Source: an uncultured Acidobacteriota bacterium
GTDB taxonomy: Bacteria > Acidobacteriota > Thermoanaerobaculia > Multivoradales > UBA5704
NCBI GenBank assembly: GCA_963799925.1
Contig: CAWCYZ010000004.1
Location: 903,445 to 967,444 of the forward strand
Direction: 5' to 3'
Length of the DNA: 64,000 bases
Below are positions 37,219 to 45,633 of the stretch, in pieces (positions within the stretch are counted from its first letter, which is position 1; each line of letters starts with the position of its first letter). Both the position numbers and the translations under genes were made by a program. The notes below the pieces were generated by a model. That model saw only the letters and a list, made by a program, of their open reading frames with translations. It ran no database searches and was not told the DNA's origin.

Positions 37219-38034
37219 ATGGCGCGCCCGCTGGCCCTCGTCACCGGCGGGACCTCGGGGATCGGGCTGGGCATCGCGCGGGCGCTGGCGGCGGAGCACG
37301 ACCTGGCGCTCGGCTACCGCGCCGACGGCGAGCGCGCCGGCGCGGCGCGGGCGGCGCTGGCGCGCGACGTCCCGGCGGCGCGCGTCGAGGTCTTCGCCCA
37401 GCCGCTCGCGGGCTACGCGGACGCCCGCGCCCTGGTCGAGAAGGTGGGGGAAGCCTTCGCCGCGCCGCCGCTCGTCCTCGTCCACTCGGCCGGCCGCGTC
37501 GCCGACCGCCTCTTCCTCGACGGCCCCTTCGAGCTCCACGCCGAGCGCCTGCAGGAGCACTTGGTCGCCGCCATGGCGCTGGCGCACCTCCTCCTCGGCG
37601 GCATGTACCGCGCCCGCCGCGGGCGGGTGATCCTGCTCGGCTCGATCGGCGCCCGCTACGTCAAGCGCGGGCAGGCGGGCTACGCGGCGGCCAAGGCCGG
37701 CCTCGAGGGCTTCGCCCGCGCCCTGGCGCTCGAGGTGGCGCACCGCGGGGTGACCGTCAACGTCGTGGCGCCCGGGCTCGTCGCGACGCCGATGACACGG
37801 CCGATGTTGGAGCCGATGCTGGAGCCGATGTTGGAGCCGGCAATGTTGGAGCCGACCCTCGGATCCCAGGCGGGCGCCGCGGCGCTGCGCCGCCGCATCC
37901 CCGCCGGCCGGGTGGGCGAGCCGGCGGACGTCGGCGCCCTCGTCCGCTTCCTCTGCTCGCCGGCGGCCTCCTACATCACGGGAGCGGTGATCCCGGTCGA
38001 CGGCGGCCGCTCCCTGGGGGACGCCGCGTCGTGA
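37219..38034 (+). CDS. SDR, 3-oxoacyl-ACP-reductase-like (FabG-like), with an internal peptide repeat
   Basis: 271-aa ORF starting directly after the KS stop, with ALVTGGTSGIGLGIA, YAAAKAGLEGFAR (YxxxK) and an unusual insert TRPMLEPMLEPMLEPAMLEPTLG. Confidence 0.8.
   Translation: MARPLALVTGGTSGIGLGIARALAAEHDLALGYRADGERAGAARAALARDVPAARVEVFAQPLAGYADARALVEKVGEAFAAPPLVLVHSAGRVADRLFLDGPFELHAERLQEHLVAAMALAHLLLGGMYRARRGRVILLGSIGARYVKRGQAGYAAAKAGLEGFARALALEVAHRGVTVNVVAPGLVATPMTRPMLEPMLEPMLEPAMLEPTLGSQAGAAALRRRIPAGRVGEPADVGALVRFLCSPAASYITGAVIPVDGGRSLGDAAS
37788..37850 (+). repeat. tandem 12-nt units inside the SDR coding sequence
   Basis: gccgatgacacg, gccgatgttgga, gccgatgctgga, gccgatgttgga, gccggcaatgttgga. 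In frame these encode the (P)MLE repeats. Confidence 0.8.
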
Positions 38035-38825
38035 GCGAGCCGCGCCGGCCGAGCCCTCCGAGTCCTCCGGCGCCGGCGGCGCGGCCGGCGCGCGTCTGCG
38101 TCGTCACCGGCGGCACGCGGGGGATCGGCCGCGCCATCTCGCTCGCCCTGGCGGAGGAGGGGAGCACGGTCTTCGCCCTCTACGCGCGGAACCGCACGGC
38201 GGCCGACGGCCTCGCCGCCGAGGCGGCCGGGCGCGGGCTCGACGTCCGCTGCCTGCGCGGCGACCTCACCCGCGACGAGGCGCTGGCGGCGAGCGTCGAG
38301 GCGATCCGCGCCGCCGCCCCGGCCGTCCACGTCGTCGTCCACTCCGCGGCCTCGGGCGTCCACCGCCCGGCCTTCGAGCTCACCCCCCGGCACCTCCGCT
38401 TCACCTTCGAGACCAACGTCGTCGCCATCCACGCCCTCCTCCGCGAGCTGCTGCCGCGGATGCCCGCGGGCGGCCGGATCGTCGGCCTCACCTCGGCCGG
38501 CGGCGTCCGCACCGGCCCCTACTACGCCGCCGTGGGAGCGAGCAAGGCGGCGCTCGAGTCGCTCTTCCGCCACTACGCCGTCGAGCTCGCCCCGCGCGGC
38601 ATCGCCGTCAACCTCGTCTCGCCCGGCCTGGTGCTGACCGAGGCGACCGAGGTCTTCCCCGACCGCGAGCGCCGCGTCGCCGAGGCCGCGCGCCAGACGC
38701 CCAGCGGACGGCTGACGACGCCAGAGGACGTGGCGCTCCTCGTGCGCTATCTCGCCAGCGACGCCGCGGGGCAGATCGTCGGGCAGACCTTCGCGATCGA
38801 CGGCGGCAAGGGCCTGGCGGGGTGA
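38031..38825 (+). CDS. SDR with Y-x6-K spacing (enoyl-ACP-reductase FabL/FabI-like)
   Basis: The GTG at 38031 overlaps the previous stop (GTGA). It forms the C-terminal part of ORF 36351..38825: VCVVTGGTRGIGRAISLAL..., YYAAVGASKAALESL (Tyr-x6-Lys), and a PGLVLTE...GRLTTPEDVA tail. Confidence 0.7.
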   Translation: MSEPRRPSPPSPPAPAARPARVCVVTGGTRGIGRAISLALAEEGSTVFALYARNRTAADGLAAEAAGRGLDVRCLRGDLTRDEALAASVEAIRAAAPAVHVVVHSAASGVHRPAFELTPRHLRFTFETNVVAIHALLRELLPRMPAGGRIVGLTSAGGVRTGPYYAAVGASKAALESLFRHYAVELAPRGIAVNLVSPGLVLTEATEVFPDRERRVAEAARQTPSGRLTTPEDVALLVRYLASDAAGQIVGQTFAIDGGKGLAG

Positions 38826-38867
38826 CGCGGGCGCGCCTGCTCGCCGGTCGCCTCCGGCGTCTCGCGC

Positions 38868-40289
38868 TCAGGGCGCCGTCGCGGGCTCTCGCGCGATCTG
38901 AGCCAGCTCGGCCCGCAGCTCGGCCTCGGGGAACCAGCGGCCGCGGAGCATCACGCCGTCCTGGCGGAACGCGTTGTCGACGTCGTCGAGCGGGTTCGCG
39001 TCCAGCAGCACGAGGTCGGCGAGCTTCCCCGGCGCGACGGTGCCGGCGTCGGCCGCGGTGCCGAGGAAGCGCGCCGGGTTGGAGGTCGCTGAGCGCAGCG
39101 CCTCGAAAGGCGTCAGGCCGGCCGCGGTCAGCTGCTCGAGCTCGTCCTGCATCGAATATCCCGGTAGCTGGCTCGGCACCATGGGGTCGGTCCCCGCCAG
39201 CAGCGGCACGCCGGCGTCGCGCAGGCCGCGGACCAGGCGCTGCAGCAGCGCGTACTGGGCGCGCAGCCTGGGGATGTCCGCCAGCTTCCAATGCTTCAGG
39301 TAGGGGTTGTTCGGCGGCCGCCAGTCGGCCGTCGCCGAGGCGGGCAGGTAGCGCATCGCCGGCCGCTCCAGCAGCGCGTCGACGTCGGCGACCTGCGCCG
39401 CGATCTGGCGGAAGACGGAGAGCGTCGGCTGCACCCAGGTACTGGCGCGGGCCGTCCGCGCCGCCACCTCGCGCACCATGCGGTCGATCTCGGCCGGGTC
39501 GGTCGGCAGCTCGCGGCGGAAGCGGAAATACGCGTCGAGGAACGACTCGGCGTGGGTGATCAGCGCCTGGCCGCCGTCGAGCGCCGCGTCGATCCCCAGG
39601 TTGGCCGGCACGTGGCCGACGACGCGGAGGCGCTCCTCGCGCGCCGCCGCCAGCAGGGCGCGGTAGGTCGCGGCGGGGAGATCCCCGTGCACCTTGACGA
39701 AGTCGTAGCCCGCCCGCTTCTCGGCGGCGACCTCCCGCCGGACCTCTGCCGGCGTCGTGAAGGTCCGGCGCCCCGGCAGCTCGCCGGAGTTGGGCATCTG
39801 GATCAGGGGCCCGGTCGTGTAGAGCCGCGGCCCGAGCGCGCGGCCGCCCGCCACGTCGGCGCGCAGGCGGAGGATGGCGGGCGTGCCTTCCATGACGACG
39901 GCCGTGGTGACGCCGTTGGCGAGGAGCAGCCCGAGGATCGACCGTTCGACGCGGGGGTCGTCCGCGCCGCGGCGCGAGTAGCCGAAGAAATGGACGTGGC
40001 TGTCGGTCAGGCCGGGGAGGAGGAAGCGATGGCGGCCGTCGATCCGCGAGCAATCCGCGGGCACGGCGCCGCCGGCCGCCGCGACCTCGCGGATGCGGTC
40101 GCCGCGGACCAGCACCGTGCGATGCGGGACGAGCCGCTCCCGGTCCATCGGCACGACCGTCACGTCGACGAACGCCGTGCAGGCCGCCGAGCTCGGCGCC
40201 GCGCCGGCGAGCGAAAGGCAGAGGAGAAAGAGGAGCGCCATGCCGGAGAGCGCGCGGCGCTCCCGTACGTCCCAGCTCGTCCTATCCAT
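38868..40289 (-). CDS. amidohydrolase-family metallohydrolase, secreted
   Basis: Within ORF 38868..40346, with the likely start MDRTSW.. and signal-like ALLFLLCLSLAGAAPSSA. The metal motif is FLLPGLTDSHVHF, with later VVGHVP, ITHAE and GTDPMV, and a C-terminal GKLADLVLLDANPL. Confidence 0.85.
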   Translation of the reverse strand: MDRTSWDVRERRALSGMALLFLLCLSLAGAAPSSAACTAFVDVTVVPMDRERLVPHRTVLVRGDRIREVAAAGGAVPADCSRIDGRHRFLLPGLTDSHVHFFGYSRRGADDPRVERSILGLLLANGVTTAVVMEGTPAILRLRADVAGGRALGPRLYTTGPLIQMPNSGELPGRRTFTTPAEVRREVAAEKRAGYDFVKVHGDLPAATYRALLAAAREERLRVVGHVPANLGIDAALDGGQALITHAESFLDAYFRFRRELPTDPAEIDRMVREVAARTARASTWVQPTLSVFRQIAAQVADVDALLERPAMRYLPASATADWRPPNNPYLKHWKLADIPRLRAQYALLQRLVRGLRDAGVPLLAGTDPMVPSQLPGYSMQDELEQLTAAGLTPFEALRSATSNPARFLGTAADAGTVAPGKLADLVLLDANPLDDVDNAFRQDGVMLRGRWFPEAELRAELAQIAREPATAP

Positions 40290-40537
40290 GAGCGGCTCTC
40301 CCTGGAGATCGAAGCGCCGAGCGCCTTCCGTCGCGGCGAGGTGCACGATACTCGACTTCAGCCGGCCGTCTCACGGCCGGCGCGAGCCTGCGTCCGGCGA
40401 TTGCCTCGCCTGGCGTCTCCGCCTACACTCTTCCGAATTCAAAGGATGCCCGCGGCGCCGTAGCCGCGGTGGGACGCTCCGTGCCGCCGCGGTGGTCGAT
40501 CCAGACCTGCGCGCGCGGCTCCGGCGGGAGGAGATCC

Positions 40538-40906
40538 ATGTCCTCGGACGATGCCTCGATGGCGGGCGACTGGTACAGCATCGTGGGCCATGCCACCGTC
40601 TCGGCGGAATTCACCCAGGACGGCAATGCGGTCAGCGGCTCGATCTCGTGGGCGCTCTACGGGATCGGCGATTGCGCCTATCAGGTGGCCGGCAGCGTCG
40701 ACGGCTCATCGTTCGCCCTCACCGGCACGACGCAGACCCCCGAATCGCAGATCTGCCCGCAGGACGCCAAGTTCTCCGGCACGATCGGCGACCAGGTGAT
40801 CGACGTCGGCGGCTCCCCCTGGGGCTCGTTCGCGCTGCGGCCGGACGAGGCGGACGATGCGGACGAGGAGGAGACCGAGGTGGAGGCGGAGACGGAGGAG
40901 GAGTAG
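40538..40906 (+). CDS. small hypothetical protein with an acidic C-terminal tail
   Basis: Within ORF 40469..40906. SD gggaggag lies before ATG 40538. MSSDDASMAGDWYSIVGHATVSAEFTQDGNAVSGSISWALYGIGDCAYQVAGSVDGSSFALTGTT... is beta-rich, and the tail is DEADDADEEETEVEAETEEE. Confidence 0.5.
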   Translation: MSSDDASMAGDWYSIVGHATVSAEFTQDGNAVSGSISWALYGIGDCAYQVAGSVDGSSFALTGTTQTPESQICPQDAKFSGTIGDQVIDVGGSPWGSFALRPDEADDADEEETEVEAETEEE

Positions 40907-40918
40907 GCGGCGCCCGTC

Positions 40919-41797
40919 TCACGCGCCCGCCGCGAAGCCCATCAGCCGCTTGAAGTCCTCGATGTGGTCGAGGAGGAGCCGCGCCTTGTCGAGCTTGCGG
41001 CGGATGAGCGAGGCGCTCGGCCGGGCGTAGAAATCGAGGATGCGGTCGCAGAAGGGCCGGCCGTAGTGGTCGACGAGCTGCAGGAAGTCGGCGAAGGGGT
41101 CGCCGACGGCGAGGTTGCCGAAGTCGATCACGCCGGTCACCGTCCGCCGCTCGTCGCAGTAGAGGATGTGCGGCGGCGACAGGTCGCCGTGGATCAGCGC
41201 GTCCTCGGAGCGATAGACCCCAGGGTCGTCGAGCAGGCGGTCGACGAGGACCTGGTAGCGCGGGAGGTCGGGATGGCCGCGGTGCTCGCGGAGCTTGGCG
41301 GCGAGCGTCCGCCGGAAGCCGCGGCCGCCGTCGGCGAGCCACTCGATCGGGCTCCGCTCTAGGGCGACCCCGGCCGCCGCCTCGGCGGCGTGCAGGCGGT
41401 CGAGCGGATAGCCGTGGAGCTGGGTGAAGAAGCTCCCCAGGCGCCGCGCGGCCTCGTCCCGGCCGCCGGCGGGCAGGCTCTCCAGCCGCTCGCGGGTGAG
41501 CGCCTCGCCGGGGATCTTCCGGTAGCCCACGAAGGCGTGCGCGTAGCCGTTCGCCGGCCGGCCGAAGACGAGGTAGCGGGGCACCGGGGGATCGAGCTCG
41601 GCCGCGAGACCCGGCAGGACGAGCAGCTCGCGGCGGAGCTCGGCCGCCGACTCCGCGTCCTTGGGAAAGCGGAAGATCCACTCGCCGTCGACCAGGAAGC
41701 ACTCGTTGCTGGTCCCCGCGCTGGGGCCGCTGACGGCGGCGAGCGCCAGCTCGGGGCACTGCTCGGCGAGGACCGCGCGAGCCTCTTCGGGAGTCAT
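40919..41797 (-). CDS. aminoglycoside-phosphotransferase-family kinase
   Basis: 292-aa ORF with EWIFRFPKD, the catalytic loop ALIHGDLSPPHILY, and the VIDFGNLAVGDP metal-binding motif. Confidence 0.8.
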   Translation of the reverse strand: MTPEEARAVLAEQCPELALAAVSGPSAGTSNECFLVDGEWIFRFPKDAESAAELRRELLVLPGLAAELDPPVPRYLVFGRPANGYAHAFVGYRKIPGEALTRERLESLPAGGRDEAARRLGSFFTQLHGYPLDRLHAAEAAAGVALERSPIEWLADGGRGFRRTLAAKLREHRGHPDLPRYQVLVDRLLDDPGVYRSEDALIHGDLSPPHILYCDERRTVTGVIDFGNLAVGDPFADFLQLVDHYGRPFCDRILDFYARPSASLIRRKLDKARLLLDHIEDFKRLMGFAAGA

Positions 41798-41822
41798 CGC
41801 AGGGCTGGACGCCGCGAGCTCG

Positions 41823-42866
41823 TCAGGCCGGGCCGATCCGGTCGCTCAGCCGCTGGCTGGCGAAGTGCGTCCGCCGCCGGGGGGCGAGATCGGCGACGAT
41901 GCGCTCGATGTGGCGGCCGGTCTCGCCGTCCATGTTGTCGGTGATGTAGTAGCGGTCGGCCGGCACCCAGCGCTTCTCGTGGAAGAAGAAGGCCGAGAGG
42001 GCGCGGCGCGGGCCGACCTCGACGAACACCGGCCGGCGGTGGCGGTAGAGGATGGTGTCGATCGACTGGCGCCAGTAGACCGGCTCGTAGAGGTGGCGGC
42101 CGACGAGGTCGATCAGCGTCTCGCGGCTCGGCTTCTCGACCAGCCTCCCCAGCGCGTTGGGCAGGTAGGGCAGCCGCGGCTCCTGGAGCTCGGCGTTCTC
42201 CGACAGCCACCAGGAGAGGCGCTCGCCGATCGGCCGCATCAGGCTCGAGTGGAGCGGCAGCTTGACCGGCATGAACATCGAGCGCGACTCCGGCTGCTCC
42301 TCCTTGAGGCGCTCGCAGGCCCAGCGCACCGGCGCCGACTCGCCCACGATGTGGTGGAGGTGGGGCGACAGCATGCCGCCGATCTCGATCAGGCCGTGGG
42401 CGCGGGCGCGCTCGACGATCGCCGCCACCGGCTCGATCGGGATGCGGTAGACGACCGCGCGGTCGCCCACCGGGTCGGGGAGGTCGGGCGGCGACGGCCG
42501 CTCGAGGATCTTCAACGCCTGGGCGAAGGAGAGGGCGCCGATGTGCACCAGGTGGTTGTACTCGCCGAGGCTGAAGCCGAGGGAGAGGCTGGCCTCGACC
42601 CCCGCCGCCTCGAGCACCCGCTGGTACATGTGGTTGACGAGGAAGATCCCCAGCCGCTGGTCGCGCTTCGCCTTGAAGACGCCGGGGTCGTCCGCCAGGT
42701 AGCGCGACAGGTCCTCGCCCAGCACCGCCGCCGCCTCGGCGAGGATCTCGCCGGCCAGGGGCTTGAGCTCGACGAGCTTGCGGATCATCCCGGCGTAGCG
42801 GGACGACTGGCTGGGGAACATGAAGACGACCGGGCCGGGCGGCATCGCGGGCGGGGCTCTGCTCAT
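41823..42866 (-). CDS. acyltransferase (malonyl-CoA:ACP transacylase/FabD-like)
   Basis: 347-aa ORF with VVFMFPSQSSRYAGM and the nucleophile elbow LGFSLGEYNHLVH (GxSxG). Confidence 0.75.
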   Translation of the reverse strand: MSRAPPAMPPGPVVFMFPSQSSRYAGMIRKLVELKPLAGEILAEAAAVLGEDLSRYLADDPGVFKAKRDQRLGIFLVNHMYQRVLEAAGVEASLSLGFSLGEYNHLVHIGALSFAQALKILERPSPPDLPDPVGDRAVVYRIPIEPVAAIVERARAHGLIEIGGMLSPHLHHIVGESAPVRWACERLKEEQPESRSMFMPVKLPLHSSLMRPIGERLSWWLSENAELQEPRLPYLPNALGRLVEKPSRETLIDLVGRHLYEPVYWRQSIDTILYRHRRPVFVEVGPRRALSAFFFHEKRWVPADRYYITDNMDGETGRHIERIVADLAPRRRTHFASQRLSDRIGPA

Positions 42867-42897
42867 GGGCTCTCGATGGCTCTATGGAGGCGCCGGA

Positions 42898-43890
42898 TCA
42901 GAGCGCCGGCTCGGCCATGCGGACGTAGACGTCGCGCGCGCCGCGAAAGGCGGTGCGGCCGTGGAGGACGCGGGTGTTGTCGATCATCAGCGCGTCGCCG
43001 GCGCTCCAGGCGACGGCGGCGGCGAGCCGTCGGTCGAGCGCCAGCAGCTCCTTGATCACCGCCCCCGGCACCGGCGCGCCGTCCTCCATCCGCACGGTGA
43101 TGGGGAAGCGCGCGCCGGCGAGCTGGCGGATGGTCTCCCCCGCCGTGCCGCGCTTGAGCGACAGCTCCCCCATGTAGAGCGAGACGACGTTGTTGATGAA
43201 GGTGGCGGGGCGGCCGGGGCGGTGCTCGCCGCCGGGGACGATCGCCCAGGCGAGGTGCTCGGTCGCCACGGCGCCGGTCGCGGGGTCCACCTCCAGCCGC
43301 GTGTCGTTCTCCCGGCAGTAGCGCTCGACCTCGGCCAGGTCGCCGGTCTGGAAGGCCGCCTGCCAGGCGCCGTCCGGGAGCTCGCGCCGGTAGCGGACGC
43401 GGCGCGTCGTGAAGAGCCGGCGCGCCGTCTCGCTCAGGGCGGCGGCGATCGCCTCGCCGTCGCAGAGCGTCGTCTCGCCCCCCTCGGCCGCCGGGCGCTC
43501 GCAGAAGAACCAGAGGATCGCCGGCCGCCGGCCGGTGTAGTACATCTCGCCGTGGAGGGGGATGGCGAACCCCTCCTGGCTGCCGGTGACGGTCAGCAGG
43601 GTGCCGGCGGCGCCGACCGGCTGGCGGTCGCGGAAGAAGCCGCCCTGGTAGGAGGAGAAGCCGCGCGACGAGCGCTCGGAGAGCGCCACGAGCTCGTCGC
43701 GGCTGGCGCCGAAGCGGCGGAAGAGGAGGGCCCCGTGCCGGCGGAGGAGGCGGGCGACCTCGGCGGGGTCGAGGTCGCCGAGGCTCGCGGCCGGCGCCGC
43801 CGCCGAGCCTTCGAGCGGCGCCGGCTCGATCGCGCGGCCGAAGGACCCGCCGAGCGGCTGGGTCGAGATCTCCGGCCGCGCCACGGCCAT
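42898..43890 (-). CDS. TauD/TfdA-family Fe(II)/2-oxoglutarate dioxygenase (SyrP-like)
   Basis: 330-aa ORF with the facial-triad context AIPLHGEMYY, a distal NTRVLHGRTAF, and the size and layout of the clavaminate-synthase-like fold. Confidence 0.7.
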   Translation of the reverse strand: MAVARPEISTQPLGGSFGRAIEPAPLEGSAAAPAASLGDLDPAEVARLLRRHGALLFRRFGASRDELVALSERSSRGFSSYQGGFFRDRQPVGAAGTLLTVTGSQEGFAIPLHGEMYYTGRRPAILWFFCERPAAEGGETTLCDGEAIAAALSETARRLFTTRRVRYRRELPDGAWQAAFQTGDLAEVERYCRENDTRLEVDPATGAVATEHLAWAIVPGGEHRPGRPATFINNVVSLYMGELSLKRGTAGETIRQLAGARFPITVRMEDGAPVPGAVIKELLALDRRLAAAVAWSAGDALMIDNTRVLHGRTAFRGARDVYVRMAEPAL

Positions 43891-43921
43891 CGCGCTTAGC
43901 GTCCCACCCGCCGGCGAGAGG

Positions 43922-44743
43922 CTACTCGCCGTTGACGCACTTGTCGATCTCTTGCAGGGTGACGAGGCCCTTCAGCACCGAGTAGGCGATGAGGACGGTC
44001 TGGGCGCCGATCGCGAACGGCGGGTAGCCGAGGCTCGGCACCTGGAAGACGGCCATCAACTTGGCCCAGTTCGACAGCGCCTCCTGGCCTTCCCAGCCGG
44101 CGCCCTGGGCCGCCGCGACCAGCACGCCGACCTGGGCCGTCATGCCGGCGGGCGTCCACTTGTTGGCGAACTGGTCGTTGGCCTGGTGCAGCGCGTTGGT
44201 GACCAGGCGGGTGAACTGGAAGGAGAGGATGAGGTCGAGCTGCAGGGCCTCGGTGTTGATCGAGCTGTTGTCGATCCCCTCGGCCAGGTCGTTCCAGCGG
44301 TCGGGGTTGTCGGGGATGTTGTCCCAGCCGCTGATCGACTGCTGGATCTGGCCCTGGTACTGCGGGTTCTGGTTGTAGATGGCGCTGGTGTTGTAGAGCG
44401 GCACGCCGGTCGCCTTGTTGCGCGTCACCAGGAGGAAGTAGAACGCCTTCAGGATGTTGTTCGGGTTGCTCGCGGGGAGCGGGTTCGAGGGCAGCGCGAA
44501 TTGGGCGATCACCTCGACGATGGTGCTGCGGTCCTGCGGGCCGAGGTTCTGGACGAGGTCCTTCAAGGCCCCTTCGAGGAGCTTGCCGAGGCACTCGAGC
44601 TCCTTGTCGTCCTCGGAATCGGCGTCGCCGTCGCCGTCGCCATCGCCGTCGCCGCCGTCGAGCGTCAGGCCGCCGACCTCCTCGTCGAAGCTGTCGACGT
44701 CCGCGTGATCCGCATCGTCCCAATCCTGCCCGTCGATGTCCAT
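43922..44743 (-). CDS. hypothetical protein, unknown family; acidic (GD)n N-terminus
   Basis: 273-aa ORF, the first gene of the minus-strand run 44743..40919. MDIDGQDWDDADHADVDSFDEEVGGLTLDGGDGDGDGDGDADSEDDKE is followed by an N/Q-rich globular part (NQNPQYQGQIQQSISGWDNIPDNPDRWNDL...). I recognise no motif. Confidence 0.6.
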   Translation of the reverse strand: MDIDGQDWDDADHADVDSFDEEVGGLTLDGGDGDGDGDGDADSEDDKELECLGKLLEGALKDLVQNLGPQDRSTIVEVIAQFALPSNPLPASNPNNILKAFYFLLVTRNKATGVPLYNTSAIYNQNPQYQGQIQQSISGWDNIPDNPDRWNDLAEGIDNSSINTEALQLDLILSFQFTRLVTNALHQANDQFANKWTPAGMTAQVGVLVAAAQGAGWEGQEALSNWAKLMAVFQVPSLGYPPFAIGAQTVLIAYSVLKGLVTLQEIDKCVNGE

Positions 44744-44896
44744 GTCCCCTCCTCCTGTGGATTGATAAGCGTTCCGAGCGAGCCGAGAGAGCGCCGGGCT
44801 CTCGGTGCGCGGACCGCTGTCGCCGATCCGTCCGCGGCGCCGTTCTGTTCCCGTCGTCGAGCCGAGAGTATACAGGAACCCCCGCTGCGCTCTAAG

Positions 44897-45631
44897 ATGC
44901 CGAACGATCCCCGAACGGCTCCGCCGGCGATCCGCTGGCCATCACGCCGGCGATCCGCGCCGGCATCCAAAACCGCCGAGGAGCGAGCGATCACGCGGCA
45001 GATGCGGCACCTCTTGCGAGCGGCGGACCCGCGCCACGAAAGCCTCCTGGCGCGGCTCTACGCGGCGGCCTCGATCGACCTCGATCCCCTTTCCGCGCCC
45101 GCCGAGGCCTACGTCACCAAGGCCGGCCGGCGGCTCGCCTGGGCGCTCGACCTGCGCCGGCCTCTCCTCCGCTCGGAGCACCTGCAGCCGGCGGCCGCGG
45201 CGGTCGCCGAGCGGCTGCTCGGCGAGGGGGCGACGCAGGTCGCCGGCAAGGGGATGGGCGCCGCGCCGCTGGTCTGCGGGGTGGTCGCCGCGGCGCGCGG
45301 CATCGACGGCGCGCTGCTGCGCGACCGGCCCAAGGAGCGCGGCTTCCTGCGCCCGTTCGAGGGCGAGCTCGACCGCGGCCGGCCGGTCTGGCTGCTCGAC
45401 GACATCGTCAACACCGGGCGCAGCACGGGCGAGCTCGCCGGGGTGCTGCGCGCCGAGGGCTTCCGGGTCGCCGGGGTGCTCTGCCTCTTCCACTACTCCT
45501 GGGGCCCCGGCCGCGCCCGGCTGGCGCGCCTGGAGCTGCCGCTCGCCGCCCTGGCGACGCTCGCCCAGCGCCCCGGCCGCGTCTTCGCCTGCGAGCGCCT
45601 CTACGCCGGCTTCGCCCCGCTCGCCGGCTGA
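44897..45631 (+). CDS. phosphoribosyltransferase (type I PRTase fold)
   Basis: C-terminal part of ORF 43952..45631, starting from ATG 44897. The PRPP-binding loop is RPVWLLDDIVNTGRSTGE. Confidence 0.75.
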   Translation: MPNDPRTAPPAIRWPSRRRSAPASKTAEERAITRQMRHLLRAADPRHESLLARLYAAASIDLDPLSAPAEAYVTKAGRRLAWALDLRRPLLRSEHLQPAAAAVAERLLGEGATQVAGKGMGAAPLVCGVVAAARGIDGALLRDRPKERGFLRPFEGELDRGRPVWLLDDIVNTGRSTGELAGVLRAEGFRVAGVLCLFHYSWGPGRARLARLELPLAALATLAQRPGRVFACERLYAGFAPLAG

Positions 45632-45633
45632 GC

